From the NCBI GenBank assembly GCA_973895155.1, contig OZ316891.1, positions 31,379,112 to 31,443,111 of the forward strand: a stretch of DNA of 64,000 nucleotides, in the 5' to 3' direction. The first letter of the stretch is position 1; each line of letters starts with the position of its first letter. Positions 1 through 11,689 of this stretch are shown one piece after another. The notes below the pieces were generated by a model. The model did no database searches. It worked only from the letters and a program-made list of their open reading frames with translations, and was not told where the DNA came from. This DNA is from Marsupella aquatica. Lineage: Eukaryota > Plantae > Marchantiophyta. A program made the translations under genes and the position numbers.

Positions 1-393
1 TACAAGAGAGTTCTTGTCATACACAAACCTCTCCAAATCCTACATAGGCTTGAATGGGTACCCCAATATGCTTAATATGGGGACAGTGTAATTTTGGCCA
101 AAGTTTAGACCGCCACCTCTTGAGGTGGGATTTTGAAAGCACCTTCCATCTCTTCTGTCAGTAGAGTATTAAATGCATTACATGACCACCTATTTTGGTC
201 AGGAGATAGTCTAAATGGACCTGTGGATCAGGTATGGTAAAAGACACATGCCCTCTCAATTTTTGTCCTCTCATTCTTGTAAACCCCCAACAAAGAGAGG
301 AGCGAGGAGCTAGCACAAGATGAGACACAAGTGGTCACCCTAGCCAGCAATAGAGAAACAAAGATTGAAACAAAGGAAGACAAACTAAGATTA

Positions 394-725
394 TGTGGAA
401 GTTTTCAGATGATTATGAAACTTGATTAACGTAAGGCACAATAGTGTGTTTAAATACATGAATGGAGTGGGGTCCAAGTGCGTGAGCAAAGGAAAATGAC
501 AAGTAAACTCTGACCGGGAATATAAGTAGTTGAGTCAGTCTAAGTGGACGCAGCCAGATAGGACAGAAAGAGGATCAGAGTCAAACGGGATCAACCAGAC
601 AACCTACCGACCGGCAGCAAGCTCAAGGTAGTCAGTAAGATCCGATGCAGCCAGAGTGTACAGTAACCACATCTGACAGCGAGGCATGGGAGCAGGCAAG
701 AGACAAGACCGCGTGAGTTTCAACA
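394..725 (-). repeat. 3' LTR of the copia element
   Basis: TGTGGAAG...TTTCAACA on +, near-identical to 7688-8019 with about 9 substitutions counted by eye; adjacent to the PPT. Confidence 0.96.
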
Positions 726-735
726 CCTCCCCTCA
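726..735 (-). promoter_or_regulatory. Polypurine tract of the copia element
   Basis: CCTCCCCTCA on + reads TGAGGGGAGG on -, directly abutting the 3' LTR. Confidence 0.9.
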
Positions 736-843
736 ACCATGGCTCGCAAAGATTCAGGAGGAGAGTATGCTGTGATATATGGAACGTTGGTATGGTAACT
801 GAATTTATCCAAATCAAGTTTTGTACATTGGATAGAGACCACC

Positions 844-1326
844 ATGGCGCAGGAGGAGATGACATTAAGGGAATCGGCGATGGCACTCGTTCTTTCCTTG
901 TTGGGATTTATCTCAGTATTGTCGCGGAGTGTTTATGATTACCTAGTGTGTAATCATAGTGATTCATTAGGACCGGAGGAGAGACCCCTTGGTGGGCAAT
1001 CAGAAGAAACACCTATTGAGCCGCAGGCAGGTGCATCAACGGAGACTGATCGAGCTAGGGAGCTAATAGTCCCTGTAGAGCCAAGTGCTCCAATGTATAA
1101 AGAGGAGTCCCGTCACCCGTTGTCAGGAGAAATAGTGAGAGATTTCTCAGAAGAGCTGCCAAGGCGATACTATTCAGTAGCTCGAGGCCGACGTCCAGGG
1201 ATCTATACGACTTGGGAGGAGGTAGAACCCTTAGTAAGTGGCTTCCGAGGCAATAAGTACAAGTCTTTCAAGACTCGGATAGAGGCCGAGTTGTACTTAA
1301 AGAAAGAGCAGGCTAGAGCTCTCTAG
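844..1326 (+). CDS. Antisense extra ORF inside the copia element: N-terminal hydrophobic helix plus C-terminal RNase H1 N-terminal hybrid-binding (caulimovirus viroplasmin/P6-like) domain
   Basis: 160-aa open frame. ALVLSLLGFISVLS is a hydrophobic segment. YYSVARGRRPGIYTTWEEVEPLVSGFRGNKYKSFKTRIEAELYL (1168-1299) fits the Y-x-V-x-x-G-x-x-x-G-I-Y-x-x-W...V-x-G-F...K-S-F-x-T-x-x-E-A pattern of the RNase H1 hybrid-binding domain. Confidence 0.85.
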   Translation: MAQEEMTLRESAMALVLSLLGFISVLSRSVYDYLVCNHSDSLGPEERPLGGQSEETPIEPQAGASTETDRARELIVPVEPSAPMYKEESRHPLSGEIVRDFSEELPRRYYSVARGRRPGIYTTWEEVEPLVSGFRGNKYKSFKTRIEAELYLKKEQARAL

Positions 1327-1455
1327 ATGGAGAAACTGACTATTGACACCAGTTAATCGTGGGATGCTGTAAGACAATCTCAGAGCGATGGAGATGTATC
1401 AAAGATGTGTTATCGTAGTGGTAGCAACTTTGCCGACCTCATTCCTAATATATCT

Positions 1456-1990
1456 CTATTTAGTGGATAATGATTTAGTCAGAATGTCGGCTACCTGGTC
1501 TTCTGTTTTCACATGATGCACTGAAAGTTCTCCCTCCAAAACTCTTTCACGTACAAAGTGATGGTGAATTTCTAAGTGCTTTGTCCTCGCGTGGAAGACT
1601 GGGTTTTTGGCGAGCTTAACAGCGCTCATGTTATCGCAAGGTCTCAAATGTAAGTCCTGAAGGGATGGCACTGCAGCTTGCTCAAGATCAGTTGCTATTC
1701 CAGTGTTTTTACATTTGACCTTGGTAGGCAAGGATGAGTTGCCAACCAGTTCTTCGAGTAATCGCTTTAGGTACACACCTTCTTGGGCGCCATCTGAAAG
1801 TGCCTTATATTTTGCCTCCGTAGTCGATCGAGACACTGTTGGATGTCTTTTGCTGCTCCATGTGATAGGACCTTCAGACAGCTTGAAGATGTATTCGCCG
1901 GTGGATCTTCGAGTATCAGGGCATGAATTTCCCCAATCAGAATCTGTGAAGCCTTCGAGATTAAGTTGACTGTCTCTGCTGTAGAACACT
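1456..1990 (-). pseudogene. Copia RNase H domain
   Basis: GFTDSDWG...RRSTGEYIF...WSSKR...STTEAKY, CDNMSAVKLAKNPVFHARTKHLEIHHHFVRE and DQVADILTK. The TAG at 1456 looks premature because the frame continues RYIRNEVG... Confidence 0.93.
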
Positions 1991-3709
1991 TGTCGTATAG
2001 CCAAAAGAACAAAAAGGAACACTTTTTACATAAAGACTCGGAATACGATCCCTTTAAGAACAGATTTGGAAAGAATTGAATGAATTTATCTCTCTGAGTA
2101 ATCTAAAGCTCTCAGCACATAGATTTCTTGTTTCTCACTAAAAGATCAAATAAACAAAACACCAAAGTAAATAAACTTCTGTCTTATGAGTCAAGAGAGA
2201 GTCAATTATGGTCTGAAAACTCTGATTAGCTATTGCCACTCCTTCAAAAAGGACTATGGTCTTAGAATAGACATAAAACAAGTCTCATAACTCACTAATT
2301 TCTCTCCTGACTAAATAAAATTGCATGATAAGGAATTTCCAATTTGCTAAACAAGTATTGCTCTGGTTACAAATGTAATGATATGACTTAAGATGCCGGC
2401 AACATGGTTTGACATCAGCGATACGCAATTCCGTCAAACACTAAATCATATTCCATAAACAAAGTAACGGTACTGAATACTCTGAGAACCAAACTTTACT
2501 TCTCACATATCAAACAACAACTCTTGAATTAGCTAGCGAATCTTGACCCTTCAAGCAAGCCTAGCAGTGAATTCAATATAAGTCACAGAAGTTTGTAACT
2601 GAATTCAAGTATCAAGAAATTTCTTGAATTCATAAATTCAAACATAAGTTTTACTTCCATACAAGACTTTTCTTGTTAAAATGGAAGGAGGGAAACTAAC
2701 AGAAGTCTGATTGGAATTGTCCCCCCTTCTTCCGAATGGAAAAACCATGAGGTTTTATAAGTAAAGGTTCCCTTAACTGAAAAGGCATGACTTTTCAAAC
2801 CTCAAATATCTAAAAGACAATCCTAAAAGAAATAAAGAAATGCATTGGAGACTTAGTGGACGCTTTGTAGAGCGTCGGTGCTTTCCGGTAAAACTAATAA
2901 ACAGTGGTGTTAATCTAATTTTAACTTCTAAACTAAAAGTCGGAATGAGCTGAGACTTTTCTAGAGTACTCTACTACATATAATCTCTATGCTGGTAAAG
3001 TTTCAGACTTTTCTGAGGTCTCTAAGTGCCTCAAATAAATCGGTGAAAGTGGCACGGTGTTATAAAAGTGCGGAAATCATAAATATTTCTAAGTGTCGGG
3101 AAGATAGTGGACGCTTCAGAAAGCGTCCAAACCCACAAAGGACTTTTGTGGACGCTTCAGAAAGCGTCGGCTGAATTTTGAGGTTTTGGTCGCGGCATCC
3201 GTCTTCCGGCCTTCAGGTGGGACGCTTCAGAAAGCGGCGAAGTCTGTCTTGGCGGACGCTTCAGAAAGCGTCGATTCTGCTTTGTCTTCGAACACGGTCG
3301 GACCCTTCACAAGGCGTCACTTCTCATGTGGACGCTTCAGAAAGCGTCTCATCGGACTTTGGGGTTAGCGGACGCTTCAGAAAGCGTCTTAAAGCATCCG
3401 GTGTCTGGTTCGAATAGACGTTTCACGAAGCGTCTTCTATTCCGTGGTATCGGTGAAGGACGGCTCAAAAAGCGTCGTGGTTAAGGGGGTCGCATCTGGT
3501 TGGCAGCACACATGGACGCCTCAGCTGTCTTGAGGTTTATTGGCTTTGTAACTGGGGACGCTTCAGAAAGCGTCCTTAGTTAGACTGAAGTGAGTTAACC
3601 GCCAAATGGAAAGTAGACGCTTCAGAAAGCGTCGTTTTTGCTCAAAAAGTTTGAAACGATTCAGATTTTTCTCTTATGGTCGTGTTTCAGCAAAAGTCTC
3701 CTTTCCACA
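1991..3709. mobile_element. Nested 1719-bp solo LTR of a different retroelement inserted at the RT/RNase H junction
   Basis: Starts TGT and ends ACA, flanked by the 5-bp duplication ACACT (1986-1990, 3710-3714). Removing it rejoins ...TLDLGV|FYSRDSQLNLEGF. No coding domains seen. Confidence 0.88.
2859..3633. repeat. Dispersed array of about 12 palindromic 18-mers GACGCTTCAGAAAGCGTC with non-repetitive spacers
   Basis: Copies at about 2859, 3110, 3151, 3221, 3255, 3301, 3331, 3371, 3417, 3459, 3557 and 3616; 7-bp stem GACGCTT/AAGCGTC with a 4-nt loop. Confidence 0.92.
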
Positions 3710-4685
3710 ACACTCCTAGATCCAAGGTGCTGCTAATGTAGCGCACGATGTGCATGGTTGCATCTAGGTGAGCTTGTTGTGGTTGACTCATGAATCTACT
3801 CACCAGACCAACTGAGAAGGAGATGTCTGGACGAGTGTTAGTTAGATATATGAGTTTACCTACCAACTGACAATAATGTGTAGAGTCAACATCGGGGGTG
3901 TAGGACTCTGATGATAACTCAAGGCCTTCTGGAAGGGGTGTGCCCACTGGCTTGCATGTGTCCATTCTGCAGTCTTGCACAAGTTGGTCAGAATAGTGTT
4001 TCTGATGTAGTAGAATCCCTTTTTTGGTGACTAGGAAATCAACTCCGAGGTATCTTTCTGCTTCTCCAAGATCCTTCATCTCGTACTTGGCCTTCAGCTG
4101 CTGCTTCAGTTCTTCAATAAGTTGTACTCCGCTGCCTATGATTAAGAGATCGTCGACAAATAGCAGGATGATGGCAATTTTTCCTCCTTGTTGTAGGGTG
4201 TATAGATTTGGATCTAGGGAGCTACGTATGCATCCAATTGACCTGAGAAATGAGTCGACTTCTTCATACCAAGCCCTTGGACTTTGCTTTAGTCCATATA
4301 TTGACTTTCTAAGTCTGCACACGAGTTTTTCTTGACCAGGAGAGAGGAACCCGGGTGGCTGCATCATATAAATGGTTTCCTTAAGAGTCCCATTGAGAAA
4401 TGCAGTGTGGTCCATATGTGATAATGGCCATCCAAACGCAGCTGCAAGCGCCACAATGAGTCTGACAGTGGACCATTTGACTACCAAGGCAAAGGTCTCT
4501 TCGAAATCTAATCCTTCGCGCTGTTCGTTTCCTCTAGCGACTACCCAAGCTTTGAACTTAATGTTTCCTGCTTGGTCAAGCTTTTCCCGAAGGACCCATC
4601 TAGCTGATAGTGCTCGCTCTCCCAAGGGAAGGTTGACAAGTTCCCAAGTGCCATTTTTAAGGTGAGCATTCATTTCAGCTTGCAT
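3710..4685 (-). pseudogene. Copia reverse transcriptase domain
   Basis: NGTWELV, FKAWVVARG, TAFLNG, LRKSIYGLKQSPRAW, LFVDDLL, MKDLG and LTNTRPDI motifs; truncated by the nested insertion. Confidence 0.95.
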
Positions 4686-4853
4686 GGCTTCCGTCCAACG
4701 GGAATCAGAGAGAGCATCTTCTACAGATATATTGTCGATGGAGTCAGCTAGAAGAGCTAACAGGAGATGCTCAGTAGTTTCAGAAAGGTATGTTGTGAAA
4801 TCAGATAGCCAATAGGGATGAGATGTGAGTCGACTGGAGGGTGGACGTGACCG

Positions 4854-5852
4854 CTAGAGGAGACGTTGAGTGGCACGTTGTCTTGCACGACGAGCTTGAC
4901 GTGGTTCAGGGACAAGCGGTGGATCAGTGGTGGAAGTAGATGTGTCCTCGTGGGGTTCAGGCTCGGGATAGTCAATCCTGCAGTCAGGAAGATTTGGGGA
5001 TGTAGACTCGGTTGCTGGTGTGGAGTCAGTGGTTGTTGGTGTTGGAGGAGAGCCAGTTGTTGATGGAGTTGAATGTTCGGCTGGAGATTGCAAGTGGTCA
5101 GGTTCATCTTCAAGTGGAAACATATCGAGAATGCTCTCGTAGGTAGTGGCTTGTCCCGTTAAGAAGTCTCCAAGAGTTGATTCGTCAAAGACCACATTTC
5201 GGGAAACAAGAATTTTTTGAGAGACCGAGTCAAAGCATCGATATGCTTTGCTGTGGTCATCGTATCCAACAAGTACAGTACGAATGGACCTGGGTTGAAG
5301 CTTGTTACGCATCTCCTTTGGTACATGAATGTGAGTTGTGCTTCCAATGATACGGAAGTGGTTGACATCAGGTTTGGTACCGGTGAGACATTCTGCTGGT
5401 GTAGAGAGATTGATTGCACGAGTGCTGCATCGGTTGTTGATGTGATTAGCCGTTTTGACTAATTCTTCCCAGAGAAAGGCTCGAAAGTTTGAGCCTATTG
5501 AGATACTCCTTACTATATCTAGAAGGGTGCGATTTTTACGTTCGGCGACTCCATTCTGATGAGGAGTTCGAGCTACAGTAAATTGCCTTCGTATCCCATG
5601 TTGCTGACAAAATGCCATGAATAAATCAGACATATATTCTCCACCTCGATCGCTTTGTAAGCATTTAATTTTGGTGCTTAGTGAGTTTTCGACTTCTTGT
5701 TGGAAGATCTTGAATTTTTCCAAAGCCTCAATTTTGGACTTGAGAAAGAAGACCCAAGAATGTCGAGAAAAATCATCAGTGAAGGTGATGATGTACCGTG
5801 CCCCAGAGAGAGCTACGATCGGTAAAGGACCACAGAGGTCTGTGTGAATCAA
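4854..5852 (-). pseudogene. Copia integrase core
   Basis: IHTDLCGP, TFTDDFSR, QSDRGGEY, TPHQNGVAERKNRT and SRNVVFDE; out of frame with the upstream gag-PR ORF. Confidence 0.95.
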
Positions 5853-7629
5853 TTCCAGAGGTTTGGTGGCGCAAAAAGTTGCTGATTTTGGTACTCGGTG
5901 TTGAGATCGACTGCTTGCCTTTCACACAGGGCTCACAGATCATTTTGCTGACTGGAAGATTTGATGGAGCTCCCGTGATAAGCCCGTTTTGAGTCATGTA
6001 GCTGATGCGCTGATGACTAGAGTGACCTAGCCTTTGATGCCAAAGTTCAGATGGAGACATCGATGGAGGTTCGACTAAGTGACACTGAGCTGACATGCTG
6101 GGATGTGCTAATTTAGTGTTAGCTAAATATTTGTCCGGAGAGACGACAAGCAATTTGAGCTTATATAATCTACTATGAGGGTCTCTGTAGCCTTTGAGAT
6201 AAGGCTGTGAGGGTCTATTGGGGTCATAGACGTAGCATCTACTGGAAGTAAATAGCACTTGATGACCCTGATCTGTAAATTTACCAACAGAGAGTAAATT
6301 CCTTGTAATAGACGGCACATACAAAACATCACGAACAGATTTATTGCCAGAAAGAGAAATACAGCCGGATCCGGATATGGGCATTTTAGAGCCATTAGCC
6401 GTGAGAACATTAGACGTAGGGGTGCTGCTGATCAGATTAGTAAGGCTACTATGATTGCGACTTATGTGAGCTGAGGCTCCGCTGTTGATGATCCAGGTCT
6501 GGTCATCAATGCCTGGAGCATCAAACTCACTGAGCATGGCCTCAATCGTAAGTGAGGATTTGGGCTCACTGGGTTCGCCAACGTCAGAGTTGTTGTCTCC
6601 GATGTCTCCCTCAGCAAAATATGCTTTTGGTCCAGGAGCAGCCTTGATGTCTCTGATCTTGGAATGTAGGTCCTTCAGCTGAGATACGGACATTGTCTTG
6701 ATCTCAGTGTCTGCAGCTTTGATGAAGCAGTCTGCTCCCCAGTGGCCTTGTTTGCCACAAAAGTTGCAGTTGCGTCGATCTGCTCCACCTTCGTAGCCTC
6801 TCTGCTGTCTTGCTTGATCGTGGCGCCCTCGTCCTCGCCCTCGATGTCCTCTGCCTCCTTCTCCACGTCTCTGGTGAGCAGAGGCCAGCATAGACTGCTC
6901 GCTGCCTTCATTGCTTGATTTGCGACGAAAGTCCTCAGCCTGTAGATATTCTTCCAGATCTGCAAAAGTCGCTAGAGGGTCCTTGGCATACATGACACCG
7001 TAAGCTGACTTGAATGCTGACCAGCTTTCAGGCAGATTTCTCAACACAATCTGGATCAGTTCTTTATCGTCAACTTCCTCTCCTACACTACCGAGTTCCA
7101 TCACATGGTACTCGATATTTTTGAGGTAGTCCTCCATAGAGGACCCTTCACATAGGTGAGCCTCAACTAGTGCAGTGTTGAGGTCCAGTTTGCGTTGGAT
7201 TACAGAAGACTCATACTTCTGTTTAAGTGTTGCCCAGAGTTTGGCAGGATCACTCCGCAGCCTTCTAACAATAGGGACAATGGAATGATGAACAGTTTTG
7301 GTGAGAATAATGATTACCCTCTCCTTCCATTTCTGAGCCTCAGTTAGACTCTTCGGCTCTCCCGTAGGTTGCTGCTGAACGGCAGTTCCTTCAGTTGGTC
7401 CTGAAGATGTCGAGGCTGCACTGTGTGCCTGTGAGGGAGCTGGCTGCTGTGCTGCGCTGCTTCCTCCAGATGCTGATGCTGGCATATTGATGGTGGGATC
7501 AACGACCTCCCATAGATCTTTTTCTCTCAGGATCTGCTCAACGTAGAAGGACCACACAATATAGTTGTGTGCTCCTACTAATTTGTCACTGTCTGAGAAT
7601 GAGATCTTGGTAGCATCACTCAACGCCAT
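5776..7629 (-). pseudogene. Copia gag-protease-GAG-pre-integrase region
   Basis: Zinc knuckle CNFCGKQGHWGADC; protease WIINSGASAH with the catalytic D replaced by N; LYVPSITRNLLSV; WHQRLGH...CEPC. Frameshift near 5850-5900. Confidence 0.93.
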
Positions 7630-7674
7630 GGTAAATAGTAACACTCTAATCAGATAAAGGTGCGAGGAGCGGTA

Positions 7675-7687
7675 GGCTCTGATACCA
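7675..7687 (-). promoter_or_regulatory. Primer-binding site (tRNA-iMet)
   Basis: TGGTATCAGAGCC on -, immediately inside the 5' LTR. Confidence 0.95.
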
Positions 7688-8019
7688 TATGGAAGTTTTC
7701 AGATGATTATGAAACTTGATTAACGTAAGGCACAATAGTGCGTTTAAATACATGAATGGAGTGGGGTCCAAGTGCGTGAGCAAAGGAAAACAACAAGTAA
7801 ACTCTGACCGGGAATATAAGTAGTTGAGTCAGTCTAAGTGGGCGCAGCCAGATAGGACAGAAAGAGGATCAGAGTCAAACGGGATCAACCAGATAGCCTA
7901 CCGACCGGCAGCAAGCTCAAGGTAGTCAGTAAGATCTGATGCAGCCAGAGTGTACAGTAACCACATCTGACAGCGAGGCATGGGAGTAGGCAAGAGACAA
8001 GACCGCGTGAGTTTCAACA
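7688..8019 (-). repeat. 5' LTR of the copia element
   Basis: Direct repeat of 394-725, followed by the GATTA TSD; its left end on + reads TA instead of TG. Confidence 0.96.
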
Positions 8020-9800
8020 GATTAGAGGGACAGAGGGAGACAAAACCAAAAGCCCAGTAGTAGGGGAAGCCTGAGGAAATTGTCAGCTAATGAGAAATAA
8101 CCAATACCACAAGGAGCTCAAACAGTCCAGCCAATGAAGACAGAGGACCCGCCATCTGAACCCTGATGGTGCCACCAGATGTGAATTGAGGAAGTGGAAA
8201 AGTGAAAGCTGCCCTCCTAGTTGATTCCTTGGAGCAGAACAGTCATGGCTTTGAGCCAAAAGAAGTGGAAGGCACCAGCATGAGTCACTGTGAGTTGACT
8301 TGTGGCATGACAAACTTAAAAAGAGAACATCAACCAGCAGAAGTTGTGCCCAACCTCTGATTTTAAGTTGAGTAGATCAGAAGCAAGGTTACATGCAAGC
8401 TGCCTTGATGTTGAATGCACATCATAGGGTCCAATTTGTCAATGAACTTTGCCCCCAAGATTGCCTCAGCCTTGAGCTATTGACACACATCCAAAGAAAC
8501 CTTTACTTTGTTAAATCTATCATGCAGGACAATATAGTGGATATCAGTGAAGGGGTTGGATAATCTTGGCTTTATTGCTAGCTCTGAAAGAGTAGTTTTT
8601 TGACATCACATGCAGATCCCAACTTGAGCCTGTTTAAAAATTCATTACCCAATGATTACTTGAGGTATCTTAGGCTAGTTTCAGTTTAGATTGGTGAATA
8701 TGTTTTGAGTATGAAAGGAGGTGGGCAAGACCCTTGTAGTCAGGCATACTTGTTTTATGAATAACAAAAAAGTACATAAACCAATGAAGTCCTAAGCGGG
8801 GAATGTACTTATGGTATAATAGCCCAATGTGCGGATAGGGGAAATTCATAATACCTCCTTCAGGCAGCTCTCAAAGCAGGGCAGTAGGGGAGGGGAAACA
8901 TATGTATAACTTTATGGTTCAGTTTCTTGATGAAGTGTTTAATGTATAGTGGCAGGCAGGTGAACAAGGGATCAGTGTGACCTTCAATTCTTTCAAGTCT
9001 CAAAGAATTACATTACTCTCTTCAAGCCATGACTATTTCATAATTATTTTCTTTGCATTGTTTCTCCTGTTGGGTCAATTTATTCTTCCAGTCAAACGCT
9101 TGTTTGGTTTCCTTAAACCATCACTCTCCTCGTTCATTTTCCTGAAATTGTGGAGCAAACTGGAAATCACTCAGGGTTGGACTATTCCCCTTTCATAGTG
9201 ACAGTGGTGGTTTAAGGGATGATGCATTGACCATTTGGGGAATCTTGCAAGTCCAGGAGGGTTTTCCTCCTTCTTACCTCCTTTTGGGCATCAATGCCCT
9301 CTGCGTAGGACATAGTTAGGACAGCAGCATCACAGGCAGGGGTAGAAGCAACAGAGACAATTACAACAAAAGATGACAGATACGCAACATGGGTGTCATC
9401 AGATATATAGCTTCCTCCTTGCTTTGAGATATTACAGAGATTTCATCATCAGTTTTATGGGCTACTTTGATTGCAACTTGAAACATTCATGCATGGGCTG
9501 ATCACATAAGACCACCAGTATCCATTTTGACAACGCGCTTTTGTGAGGGGATTTTGGTGATGTCATAATGTGCTCAAGGTCAAGCAATTCATCAGTGATA
9601 TCTAGCAATTTAAGGGCCCATCAATGGGTACTAGTTTGCCTCAGCAAAGCCTTGGCCCCTTAGGGGTTCAAATCGAATGACAAAATTGAGGCTCATTAAT
9701 GAGCCTCACATGCTCCTTGCCCGTAGCCATCCCCGTCTGCTGCCCAAGAAAAGGCATGATTGCCAAAAAAAATTGAAGTGTCAAAGGATTTTGGGTGGGG

Positions 9801-10334
9801 TGTTAGGAATTGACTCGAGTTCCCTGCTTTGTTAGTTTGGCCTTACTAGGGTTAGTTAACCCTGGATTACATTAGGATAAGATCCGCTTAGTTTAAGCCC
9901 ACACATCTTGGCCTCCTTGGGGGGTATAGGTTGGAGGGAGAGCACTCTCTCCCTCATTCTTCACATGTACTCTCATTTGCTATGGAGCCTTCAAGAGTTT
10001 CTCCACTCAGGGTGTCTCGTCGGTGTAGCGTTTCATTGAGTGTCTTTCTCATGTTTCCGCATTGTTGTCTAATCTGGAGCCGACAGTTTCCTACATGGGG
10101 TTTGTTACAAAAGAGGAGCATGCATGTCCAGCAGGATTCCAACCCTGCACCTGTTTGGCCCAACTTTGCTCATCTACCACTGAGCCAGTATCTGCTGCAT
10201 AGAGACAAAGTCTTGTTTTGTGTAATTATATCAGTACTATGGTCGGGCAATGTCGCGGGCAGTGTGCAGTGATCTCTCTAACCGTACTAGATTTGGCCAT
10301 TAATATGCATCGATATTGTCAATCGCTCTCAATC
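9801..10334. mobile_element. Possible degenerate solo LTR related to those at 56104 and 57131
   Basis: Starts TGTTAGGA like 56104 and ends with CGATATTGTC...CTCAA, similar to CGATTGTC...CTCAACA. No clear TSD. Confidence 0.3.
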
Positions 10335-11689
10335 CTTTGGGGGCGTCCATGTCCCATTTGCAAATCTAGTCATGACTCTAGAGGTGTACCATTAGATCAT
10401 CACCCTAATCCTTGGAATTGTATATTTTATAAATTAATATTGTGAAACCGGATTGGGGGAAACAACAGCCCCTTATAGGGGGAGAAAGCACAGTAGAGAG
10501 CGCAAAAGCAGGCCCATTAAAGAGCACCAAACCGAAAAGGGTAATACTCTGACCGGAAGAGCACCCTTTAGATTAGATCATCGTACTATTCCAATTATAT
10601 ATCTTTATTTCTTCTTTGGAGTTTCCTTGCTTGTTTCTAGGTTTTTGGAGTTTCTAGGCCTCTACTTTGGAGTTTCCTGCTTGTTTGATGTGTACATATT
10701 TTGCTTTTAGTCCATTTACTTTGTTTTGGCACTGGTTAGTAAATTGGTCTTTCTCTCTTTAAACCGGTTTCTCCATGCGTCTTGCCATTACTCCAGATCA
10801 CCATGATGTCTTGACTACTTTCTCCCCAAGGTAGTCAAAGTCTTCAGCTGCCATCCGCAACCGGTTCCTTTTTCTTTTCGGTGTAAAAGCAACAATCTTT
10901 ATGCAGTCCATGGGGACGGGCAGGGACAATGTCTTGGTCCATCCTGGCTTTTGTTTCTAGAAATCTAGAAAAAAGAAAAAGAGAAATAATGAAAACCTTA
11001 AAAAACACTCCCTCTCACAAGTACAGTCTATTGTCTGAGTGCGTCTGAGTGCAGGCTCCTGGGAAGACACCCCAAGCCTGCAGTTATCCATGTTGTGCAC
11101 TTCTCCATATGTGTTTGTTACACTTTTCAATAATTACGGACCCCACTAGAGGTCCCTTCCAAAATTCGAGACTCCACAACGCGCCACATCATCATGACGT
11201 GCTCCAAACAGGTATGGATTGGTTTACAAAATAAAATTACTTCACCGTTCGTGTTTGTGGCAGGATTTTGGTAAAATTGAGGACATCATGCCGTAAACCT
11301 TGATGTAAAAATGTTTGAAAAATAACCGTTTTATTTACCCTAGGTAACAGACTGTTCAATTAGTAGGAGGCCCACCTTCCGTGTTTTTTACCCTGAGTAA
11401 CCGTTGCCCACCCGCATTCTGAATTGTGTTTCAATTGAATAATAATTAAATCTCTCTCAACAAGTTGAACTGATGACAAAGTAATCGTGACAATTTTCTC
11501 GACCTTCTGCTGCCACGAAGGAAGAAGTGGACATGATTCTATGTTGGATCACTCAACACTCCTTTCCATGGCGTCATCATTGCAGTTCCTAACTCGGTGA
11601 TGCCTCTCGCTACTGTTAGATTGTCCAACGAGGCACGAGCAAACGAAAGAGAAGCAAGCTTAGCAGGGTTCAGTAAGGGCCTCGTCTAC

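Larger units (their letters stand above)
394..8019 (-). mobile_element. Full-length Ty1/copia LTR retrotransposon, defective (frameshifts, stops, nested insertion)
   Basis: Two 332-bp direct LTRs (394-725, 7688-8019) flanked by GATTA on both sides (389-393, 8020-8024). Internal domain order on the minus strand is gag-PR-IN-RT-RH, the copia order. PBS and PPT are present. Confidence 0.97.

Noticed and set aside
844-1326. Host RNase H1 gene or endogenous caulimovirid fragment
   Set aside because: No catalytic RNase H domain follows on that strand, no introns or other viral genes are present, and it lies inside the LTR/TSD boundaries of the copia element.
2989-3417. Short ORFs with GRFRKR/DASESV repeats
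   Set aside because: They are translations of the palindromic DNA repeat, with no evidence of coding.
2859-3633. True CRISPR array
   Set aside because: Eukaryotic context, no cas genes, an 18-bp repeat with highly irregular spacer lengths, and a location inside a TG...CA element with a 5-bp TSD.
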